From: Iphione sp. A-MEVVRFRX5
Lineage: Eukaryota
Assembly: GCA_976226885.1 (NCBI GenBank)
Contig: OZ320317.1
Span: 42,408,001 to 42,472,000 of the forward strand
Reading direction: 5' to 3'
DNA length: 64,000 bases
The notes under the pieces were generated by a model, which was not told the DNA's origin, did no database searches, and saw only the letters and a program-made list of their open reading frames with translations. Below, one piece after another: positions 38,465 through 47,696 of this stretch. A program made the translations under genes and the position numbers. The stretch's first letter is position 1. Every line of letters starts with the position of its first letter.

Positions 38465-41349
38465 CCCATTCCAGGCGGCCGATGCCCAGAGGCACTCCCG
38501 GGCGTAATACTGAGAATGCCTATGAGCACTTCCGTACAAAAGACGGAAGATGCCTTAAGGCATCTTTTTAGTGTTTATTATTTGAAATGAAGATTATAAA
38601 TAGAAATAATTGTTGTAATTTCGTGATTTTTGGAGGGTATTTAGGAAAGACATTAAAGTTTATTATATCTTAATTCCAACGAGAAATAATGAGATTTTTG
38701 TATTATTTTGGACGCTGCAACATACTCAGCTATCCCTCTGCTGTCATATGTAGCGAGCTGCTCTGACGTTCATTCATTGAGAGAGGTCCAAGGAACTCGT
38801 GAAAACAAGAGAAATGGCAGACCAGTTTTCTGATACAGATGAAGAATGGGAGGACGATTTTCCTCTTTCCACAATACGAATTCTTGACAGAATAGAAAAT
38901 TGCATGGGAGCAGACCATTGTGAAGATAGTGATAGTTCAGGTGAATCAGATGAGGAGAGCGCGAAGACTGCTGCATCCGCTGAGCAGCAGACAACAACGG
39001 CGGAGCGAAAATGGGTGCGTATCACTGGAAACATCAAGAAAACTCCAGAATTGCAGGAATTTGACGAGGAAAATTGTGGAATACAACCAATTGTGGATAG
39101 AGAGAAGACAAAGTCAGTATTTGATTTTTTTAGGGTCTTTTTCACTGTCGAATTCATCACTGAACTGGTAAACAGAACTAACGCCTATGCTCAGCGTCAA
39201 CGTACCGCGCATCCAGCGGGACATAAAGGCAGGTGGTATCCGACAACAATCCAGGAATTGACTCGCTTCTTAGGGCTCACGTTCATCATGGGCATCATAA
39301 GGAAGCCAGACTTGAAGGGATATTGGACGATCATAGAGGAATTTGACACCCCTTTCTTCAATAAAGCCATGCCAAGAGACAGATTCATTCAGATACTACG
39401 GTAAGTAAAAAAAAAACAATAAAAAATGAGCTTTCAACATTTTTCTATGGTTACAATGCATACAATTCTTGTAAACATAAAATTTGTGGAGATTCATGTT
39501 GGAATGGAATGAATTTCGATCAAATTATTAAATTGGATTCATTCTTCGTTATTCCAGCTATATCAATTTCGCAGCCCCGAGCGGTGATACCGACCCAGCG
39601 CAACCTGGAACATCTACGGATGCACCCCCGGCCAGACCACACACCCAATGAGCAAAGTCAGTTGGCTATTTGATTCATTCAATAAGATAGCCACTATGGT
39701 GTACAAGCCTCAGAGAGACCTTGCTATAGACGAATCTATGGTCAAACACAAAGGGCGTTGCAAATTTCTCCAATACATGCCAAAGAAACCGTCAAAATGG
39801 GGCCTCAAGTGCTGGCTCTTAGCAGAAAGCAGAACTGGTGAGTATTTGTAATAATATAATTTCATATAATTTTATAACGTTTGGGTCTAGTGGATCGAGG
39901 GTTTACTTGTAAAATCAATTCTGATACCATTTCAATCTGTAAAAAATCAAAACAACTGAGCATATATCTATTATTTTCTGACAGGATACGTTTTACGGAT
40001 GGACCCCTATTTTGGGAGAGAGGATCGAGGTGGACAGTCTCTCTATGAGCATGTTGTTATGAGACTTCTACGTGGAGCTGATGTCCTGGGCAAGTGTCAC
40101 CGGTTATATGTTGACAATTACTACACGTCTGTATCCATGTTTGAAAAGCTAGCTGCATTTGGTACATTCTGCTGTGGGACTCTAAGACTCAATAGGTTAG
40201 GATTGCCAAAATCCCTAATGGTGAAAAAACATGCATCTCTGAAAAGTAGAGGAGACTGCATTTTTTCTAAGTGTGGCCAACTAGTGCTTTGTGTATGGAA
40301 AGATCGGAGACTGGTGCATCTATTATCCTCAATTCATGGTACTATCATGTCTGCAGTGAAACGTGTGATGCAACAACCTGACAGTGGCAAATTTGCTAAG
40401 AGTGATGTTCCCTGTCCTGTAGCCATAAAAGATTTTTCCAAGAACATGGGTGCGGTCGATTTAGCAGACCAAATGTACCAGTACTACTGTTTTGGGAGAA
40501 AAAGCAAAAAATGGACAAAAAAGATTTTTTGGTTTATTTTAGAAATCATGAAGCTAAATGCATTCGTTATGTACAACACTATGGCATGCAAAAAAATTAC
40601 CCTCCTAGACTTCTCATACAAACTTGTTATGTCACTGATGTCCATGCAAGATGTATCAGTAAGGCACGAGCAAATTGTACAATCTAATAGGGATAGACTG
40701 ACAAAACGCTGCATGCCAGCAGATCTCTATAGAAAATCATTCTGTAGAGTCTGTTATCATCGTGTAAGGGTTGGTACTCAGATGACAAGGAAGCAGACAC
40801 GATATGGATGTAAGAGCTGTAATGTTCATCTTTGCATGCCGCATTGTTTTACAGTATATCATACTGTCAGCGACTATACATCGATCCAATGTGAGGAGTA
40901 GCTATTTCCAAGAAAAATACAGTCAAATGTTGGAATCCAAAAAAAAAAGACATATTAAATCAATAAACTCCTTGAACACTTCAACTTACCTTTTTGTCTT
41001 GTTAATTTCCTAAAAAATATATTTCTCCATAGCATTACACATGTATATCCGATTACGTAATAAGTTATCCGCTCGGTAATAATCCAGATTGTGAGATAAA
41101 AATGAATAATTTCACATATATCCATAGCAAGATGCAATCAGTAATTTCTCCCATTGATATAATCCATAATGTCTACACATGTCATATCCAAAATAGTTCC
41201 ATTTTTATATAAATATCGAGTCTGGTGACGCTCTGCGCTTTGCATAACGAAATAGTAAAGTTGGGGTGCCGCCCTCTATAGGAAAGCGGTAGCATTAGGG
41301 CGCGCCGTGACGTTATGTCATAAAACGATAGGGGGCCGCCTGGAATGGG
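38465..41349 (+). mobile_element. Complete piggyBac DNA transposon (2885 bp) with TTAA target site duplication
   Basis: TTAA (38461-38464), perfect 16-bp TIRs CCCATTCCAGGCGGCC (38465-38480 and 41334-41349), then TTAA (41350-41353). Encloses a transposase gene and an AATAAA at 40962. Confidence 0.96.
38814..40901 (+). CDS. piggyBac transposase, 3 exons (38814-39400, 39558-39837, 39985-40901), about 594 aa if a 1-nt frameshift in exon 2 is corrected
   Basis: Splice sites are CG|GTAAGT...TTCCAG|C and G|GTGAGT...TGACAG|GA, restoring FIQILRYINF and ESRTGYVLRMDPYFG. The DDD triad lies in LAIDESMV, LYVDNYYTS and GAVDLADQ. C-terminal Cys-rich domain is CRVC...RKQTRYGCKSCNVHLCMPHCFTVYH. Confidence 0.92.
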
Positions 41350-44181
41350 TTAACTTTACTATTCTCTCTGCTAGAGCACAGTACAATTACAGTAACCCAC
41401 ATGGACAAAAGCAAGTTATTGCCATACGTGTGGTTAGTATTAGCGTAGCTTTTACATTAAGTATTTTTATGCTGTGCATCATTATCTTCAAATAAAATAA
41501 TTATATTTTTCAATACCATGACTGCATGCCTTTCATAATGTTGTGTTAAGAAAAGGGAAAATATTAGACATTTTCAAGAAAGGGTGCGTAATTAATATGG
41601 AAGTGGAAAGGAGGTGAATATGTATAGAGATTAGTAGTTCTAATATAAATCAGTGAACCTTCCCCTAATGATAATGTGGCATGTGCATGCATGAGAACCA
41701 CTGTATGTTGGTCTGGGAGAATCTGTAAAGATGATCTATAGCCAAATCCGTAACGAGTGATCCGCGACAGGTGAATCCGTGACGCTCGGAGATTCAGGTA
41801 ACCCCCTAAGGGTACTGCGTAATTAGGGTGCATTGCAGCAGACTTGTTTATTTACTGTGTAGATTCTCCCAATCCAGACATATGTCTAGACAGGTTATTT
41901 TTAGAAACTCTTATGTAATACACTCATATATAAACCCATGTTTTGTGACTCTTTCTTCCAGCACACAAGAGAAAGACCACCCCATGCACAACTATATTCG
42001 TGTAACTGGAGTGAACCAGATTCTTTTATCTTTGTTAAATTTATTCATAATTCAACCTTTGCCTGCTAGAGCTCATTCAGACTTTAGACACGTTACAATA
42101 ATTATTCTTGACTGATTGATTGATTGCCTTACAATCTTTGCTCTGTACAACAAGGTTATTTGTTGTAAGGTTTAAATGAAGAACATCAAGTTGATATGTA
42201 CAGGAAGGTGCGGTTTAAAATAAACAGTGCTGAATAACTACAAGAAGGATTAGTTTGTTGTCTTTCTTTGTTACTTGCTGGAAGGTTGTCAAAAGGTAAA
42301 CACATTATTAGATATTAAAAGGGAACTGTCATTGGCTTTCGTGATGAAAATATGACAGGCCCTTGATGACTCGACTCACAAGTTCAGGAGGAAAATATGA
42401 TTAAGATATATAGGGGAAAGTCTAGTTATCACTGTCAAAACATGAAAAATGGTAATGAATGATCTTTGAGCATAGACACATACATATCAATTCAGAAACC
42501 CAATATGGTGTCTTTATATTTTCGCATCAACAAGCCATAAGATGATCATGTGATCTGAAAATGACTCTCATGTGCTCTGAAAATGACTCTCACCCCACTA
42601 AGATTTGCGGAGATTTTATTTCAGAATCAAAACCTAACCCCTAGATATAGGTAGGTAAGTTGGTAGGTAGTTAGGTAGGAGGGTAGCTAGGTAGGTAGTA
42701 ACAGATCGAGCTTGCATTGACAAATGTGCAAAGACCGAGGCTGCTTAGCTTGTACGGGAAAGAGAGGGGGTGGTGGGGCATAGCTATAGGCAGGGGTTAA
42801 AGAGGGAGCTAGGATGGTAGGGAGGGACGAAGGGAGGTGGAAGGCAAACATGGGCGAGCCCTTCTCCATAACACCAACTGACATTACCCAAATCTAGACC
42901 CTGGCTATCTTATTAGTCTGACCGTCGATAGAGGAAGTCACAGACGTGCACAGCGCCATATTGAATTACGTCCAACGCCACCAAAGAGAGACACGTGGGC
43001 TTGCTCAATGTAAGGGATTGTTATCCCAATCAATCAAGTTTTTTTTCTATTCTTTGGTCGAATCTTACTTAGCGTTCTGTGATCATAGGAGAACACATTT
43101 ACCGATAGACACCCTTTTGAGCAGGAGTATTTTCGTAACTTATTGTGCATTACATCTTCTTTGTAAAGAAATAAATATTAGACAAAAGAATGATTTATTC
43201 ATTCCTGCAATATTTCCTCAGAGCCTAATGATGTCACTTTTAGAAAACTGACTTTTATGTTCCTTTTCCAGCAAAACAAGTTAAATATGTCGTAATGCAG
43301 ATAAGGGTTATAAAAGGTTTCTTTGAGAGTATCGGAGAAAGCTGCAGAGGAATATGGCTGCACAGCATAAAGATTTCGAAGCATCGCCAAACCATTTCCA
43401 GGAGAAATTTAGATTTGGGAATGCTACTGGGTTCATGATATTTCTATCGAACTACTAGCGGTTGGTTTTAGTATATTTTGATGGATGATTCTACCGTCAC
43501 AGACCGTTGTTCAAGAGTATCATTCAAGAAGGTCTGTGCTGAAGAAGGCTGTGTGTGGTTAGAGCCGGCTGGGAGAATATCCGCGTCCTCATGCGGACGC
43601 GGAACGGAAAAATCCGCGTACATGTGAACAGCGCCTAATGTTTCCCGTTTGTTCATTCATTTATAGTATGTTTCTTTTTTATCCTTGATTATTCTCCCTC
43701 TCTTGAAGGGATGGAAGTTCCAAAGTCTATGCTGTATTGGTAGGAACCAAGACAGTATAGAAAAAATTACCACTGGGTTGATAGAAGGGCTCTAGCTTTA
43801 GCTTTGGAGATGTTAGCAGTGCATAGAAAACTAAATTATACTTACTAAACAAGTATGGTTTTCCCTATTTTTTTATTTGTTCTTATTTCAAGGCAAACCA
43901 AATTGCACTAAGTCCGTCATGGTCTGTTATCTACCTTCAAGATGTGCAGACTTGTTGACCCCCCCCCCGAAAATATACTACTAGGGTGGCTAGTTTTCAT
44001 ACGAGCTGCATTCATCTGTCTGAGACGCTCTATACCAGACATTTCGCGCTGGCACCAAGATGTAAGCATTGATTTACTGCATTTTGGAGAAAGGACACTA
44101 CTAATTTAAGAAAACCTAACTGAAGGAACCATAACAATCCTAAAACATCTATCTCAGGTTCTGATTCATTTAGATCAAAGC

Positions 44182-47100
44182 TCATCATTGGGTGCCGTCT
44201 TCATCACGAAGGTTGGCTGCCATGATCCTCCAGCTTCTGCGATCTTGTGCCTTCCTAATCAGGTCGTCATATTTCTTTATTCCACTCCATTCCATTATGT
44301 TGTTAATCCATTCTGCCCTAGGTCTTCCTCTACCTCGTTTTCCATTCACCTTCCCTTCCAGCAGCAGTCTCTGTATGTTGTTTCTTCTAACCATATGTCC
44401 GAAGTATACTAGTTTCCTCTTTTTTACAGTGGTCAATATGTAGGGCTTCTCTTGAATCATGTTTAAGACCTCCTCATTTTTGACTTTTTGTGTCCAAGAT
44501 ATTTTCATGATTTTTCTATACACCCACATTTCAAATGCTTGTAGTTTCTTTATACTGTTTTGGCTGATAGTCCAAGTCTCACTTCCATATAGCAGTGTGG
44601 TCCACACATAGCACATGGTAATTCGTTTTCTTGTAGCTATGCTTATATTACGGGATGTTAATGTATTAGCCATGTTATTAAAAGCACCTCTTGCTATTTC
44701 TATTCTTCTCATTATTTCAGCATCACATTTGCCATCATCAGTGATCAGTTGTCCCAAGTATACAAAAGATTTAACCTGTTGAACATCAGAACCATCTATT
44801 TCTATGTTCAATGATGTGTTGTTATTCTTGGAGATTAGCATACTTTTGGTCTTCTTGGCATTCATTTTCATACCGAAATTCATTCCTTTGGTGTTGGCAT
44901 CATTTAATATTTGTTGTAGTTCTTGTTCACTTTCAGCAAGCAGTACTGTGTCATCTGCATATCTTAAGTTGTTGACTACTCTTCCACCAATGTTTATTCC
45001 TTTTTCTTTGTCTATACACCTAAAGATGTTTTCTGTATATAGATTGAAAAGGGAAGGTGACAGCACACAACCCTGACGTACTCCTCTTTTGATATTTATT
45101 TCTGGTGACAATCCTTCTTCAGTTTTTATGTAGGCTTTCTGGTTCCAGTAGAGATTTCTTATCAATTTGATATCTTGCCCATCCATGTCTACCTGATGCA
45201 AGCACTTAATCATCTTCTCATGGTTCACCCGATCAAACGCTTTCTCATAGTCTATGAAACATAGATAAAGGTCCTTGTTGTGGTTCATATATTGTTCTAT
45301 TATGGTACGCAGGTTGAAGATACCTTCTCTTGTTCCCTTGCCTGTGATAAATCCACTCTGGGCTTCATCAATTTCATTTTCTATGGTTTTTCTATTTCTT
45401 TGTAGGATGACTTTCAGAATAACTTTCAGCATATGGCTCATCAGACTTAATGTTCTATAGTCAGAGCAATTCACCGCTTTAGCTTTCTTAGGTATTCTTA
45501 TAAATACTGATTCATTCATGTCAGGTGGTATGAAACCTGAATTGTAGATCATATTGCATAGTTCTGTAATCTTCTTTACACCTTTGTCATCAAGTGCCTG
45601 TAGCATCTCAGTAGTAATGTCATCTTTTCCACTTGCTTTACCTGGTCTCATATTTTTTATAACATTCACAACCTCAGCAGTTATAATGTCACATCCAGTG
45701 TTTTTGTCTATGTCTGGTGTTTCACCTCTCTCATCGTAATATAGCTCATTAACATACTGAACCCATCGTGTTGCAATCTCCTCATTATTAAAAAGCATGT
45801 TTCCATCTTTATCATTTATGCAGCTACTTCCGCTTTTACTTTTTGTCTTTTTTGTTATTTCTTTTATCTTCTTGTGCATCTCTTTAGATTTATGGCTTTT
45901 ATCTAAGTCTTCAATTTCTTTGCATTTTTCTTGCCACCATGCTTCTTTTGCCATCTTGCACATGTGTTTGACTTTCTTATCTTTTTCTTTATAGTCAGCA
46001 GTTCCTTTATGTTTCTTTCTTTCTATCATTTCTTCCAAGATTTCATCAGTCATCCATACCTTTTTCTTTTCTCTTCTCTTTTTAGGTAGTATTGTTCTTG
46101 CTGATTGTATTAGTGTCTCTTTCACTGTTTTCCACAATGATTCAATTTCATCTTCAGTCTGTGTGTCTCCTTCCACATTCAGCATTTCAAACCGGTTGGT
46201 CACTTCTACACCATATTTAACTTTATATTCATTTTGTTTCAATAGGTCCATATCTATCTGTTCCTTGATAGCACTTGCAGTAGGCTTTTTCAGTTTGATC
46301 TTTATTTTGATTACGACTGGGTTGTGGTCTGACCCAACATCAGCTCCGGGGTAAGTTTTGGCTTGTTTCACACTGTTTCTGTAGCGTTGGTTTATCATAA
46401 TGAAGTCAATTTGATTGCGGTAGATGTCTCCCGGGCTCTTCCATGTGTACAGTCTTCTCTTAGGTTGCTGGAACCAAGTGTTACTGATCATCAGATTATG
46501 TTCTTCACAGAATTGGATTAGTCTTCTTCCTCTATCATTTCTGGTACCTAAGCCAAATTTTCCTATAATGTTTTCATATTCTTCTTCTCCAACCTTTGCA
46601 TTGAAATCACCCATAACAATTATGATTTCACCGCTCTTGACATATTTCATTGCTTCTTGAAGTCCATTGTAGAAGGATTCTAATTCCTCATCACTGTGGG
46701 CACTTGTTGGTGCATATGCCTGTATAATGTTGATATTGACAGGTTGGCCTTTGATTTTTGTCATTATTATCCTGTCTGAAATTGGCAGATATCCAATCAT
46801 ACTCTTTGCAATTGAGTTGTTCATCATTATGCCAACACCTTTGCTATGATGTTCTCCGCCGGAGTATATGAAGGTATGTTGATCGTACTTGTTCTTGCCA
46901 CTTCCTGTCCATCTTGTCTCAGCTATGCCAAGAATATCAAGCTTCATCTGTTTCATTTCTTGAATAACATTATCAATTTTTCCGGCTTGATACATTGTTC
47001 GGACATTCCATGTTGCTATGTTTAAGATATGACCTCTGGTTTTCATTCTCATCTTATCAGATACTTGTCTTCCAAAAGGATTTAAACTAATATCGTCATC

Positions 47101-47695
47101 ACTTTGAGATGTACTTTCCATAGATTCAATATCTTCTTCCCTGTCACTTATGAGAGAATCTGCTGCAGGGGACCCAGCATCACCTCTATCACCATCACCA
47201 TTTCTACTTCTAAGGATCATGACTAACTATGGGTCTGATACTCTGTGAGTTCCCAAGCTCTTCAGAGGAGGCTGGCCGATCATCCTGTAACCTAGGATTA
47301 CGCCCTGGGCATGCCACACACCTTGTAATTTTCTGTTGGAGTTTACTTCTCTTAGCCTTTGCCTGTGTAGGCAGCCCTGTAAGGCAGCAGGGGGATTTGA
47401 ACTCAGAGTTACCTTCTCCTAGATCCCTCACAGCTTTAGCCTGGGGCCGCAAGGTGCCCAGTTACCATGGTGCGCCGCGGGGAGGCACTGTAAGAGTCTT
47501 GACCAAAGGCATGTTAAAGGCATCAGGGGAGGGCTTACTCACTTGGCCTCCCTTTTCACCCTGGCGGGTTAGATGTCGGTTGCAGCAAGAAGCAAAAGTC
47601 ATGCGAGGCAAAGCAAAGCAAAGCAAAGCAATCCCGTCACCACACTATACTACAACACTAACAATCCTAGGGCCCTGTGTTATTTCATAACACCA
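44182..47695 (-). mobile_element. Full-length RTE-clade LINE with 10-11 bp target site duplication
   Basis: AGATCAAAGCT occurs at 44172-44182 and 47695-47705. The 5' UTR is about 475 nt, and the 3' end is a (TGA)2 tail that includes the stop codon. Confidence 0.9.
44185..47220 (-). CDS. RTE LINE single ORF: AP endonuclease plus reverse transcriptase, 1011 aa, uninterrupted
   Basis: Endonuclease motifs are WNVRTM, ILGIAETRW, QAYAPT, MGDFNA, NQIDFI and GSDHNP. RT motifs are YRTLSLMSH, FIDYEKAFDRV, GVRQGCVLSP, LRYADD and YLG. The RTE-type end is RGRGRPR..W. Confidence 0.97.
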   Translation of the reverse strand: MILRSRNGDGDRGDAGSPAADSLISDREEDIESMESTSQSDDDISLNPFGRQVSDKMRMKTRGHILNIATWNVRTMYQAGKIDNVIQEMKQMKLDILGIAETRWTGSGKNKYDQHTFIYSGGEHHSKGVGIMMNNSIAKSMIGYLPISDRIIMTKIKGQPVNINIIQAYAPTSAHSDEELESFYNGLQEAMKYVKSGEIIIVMGDFNAKVGEEEYENIIGKFGLGTRNDRGRRLIQFCEEHNLMISNTWFQQPKRRLYTWKSPGDIYRNQIDFIMINQRYRNSVKQAKTYPGADVGSDHNPVVIKIKIKLKKPTASAIKEQIDMDLLKQNEYKVKYGVEVTNRFEMLNVEGDTQTEDEIESLWKTVKETLIQSARTILPKKRREKKKVWMTDEILEEMIERKKHKGTADYKEKDKKVKHMCKMAKEAWWQEKCKEIEDLDKSHKSKEMHKKIKEITKKTKSKSGSSCINDKDGNMLFNNEEIATRWVQYVNELYYDERGETPDIDKNTGCDIITAEVVNVIKNMRPGKASGKDDITTEMLQALDDKGVKKITELCNMIYNSGFIPPDMNESVFIRIPKKAKAVNCSDYRTLSLMSHMLKVILKVILQRNRKTIENEIDEAQSGFITGKGTREGIFNLRTIIEQYMNHNKDLYLCFIDYEKAFDRVNHEKMIKCLHQVDMDGQDIKLIRNLYWNQKAYIKTEEGLSPEINIKRGVRQGCVLSPSLFNLYTENIFRCIDKEKGINIGGRVVNNLRYADDTVLLAESEQELQQILNDANTKGMNFGMKMNAKKTKSMLISKNNNTSLNIEIDGSDVQQVKSFVYLGQLITDDGKCDAEIMRRIEIARGAFNNMANTLTSRNISIATRKRITMCYVWTTLLYGSETWTISQNSIKKLQAFEMWVYRKIMKISWTQKVKNEEVLNMIQEKPYILTTVKKRKLVYFGHMVRRNNIQRLLLEGKVNGKRGRGRPRAEWINNIMEWSGIKKYDDLIRKAQDRRSWRIMAANLRDEDGTQ

Positions 47696-47696
47696 G
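47427..47696 (-). ncRNA. HDV-like self-cleaving ribozyme in the RTE 5' UTR (core 47427-47494)
   Basis: Minus strand reads: P2 CUUACAG, P3 GCC, L3 UCCCCGC, P3' GGC, P1' GCACCAU, P1.1 GG, UAA, P4 CUGGG...CCCAG, G-C-UAAAG (catalytic C at 47439), P2' CUGUGAG. The P1 5' strand is either UGGUGU at 47695-47690 or GUGGUG at 47643-47638. Confidence 0.8.

Noticed and set aside
44132-44142. TAACAATCCTA match with 47659-47669 as an alternative RTE TSD; CAAAGC at 47609 as another
   Set aside because: AGATCAAAGCT fits both the TGA tail and the ribozyme P1 position better.
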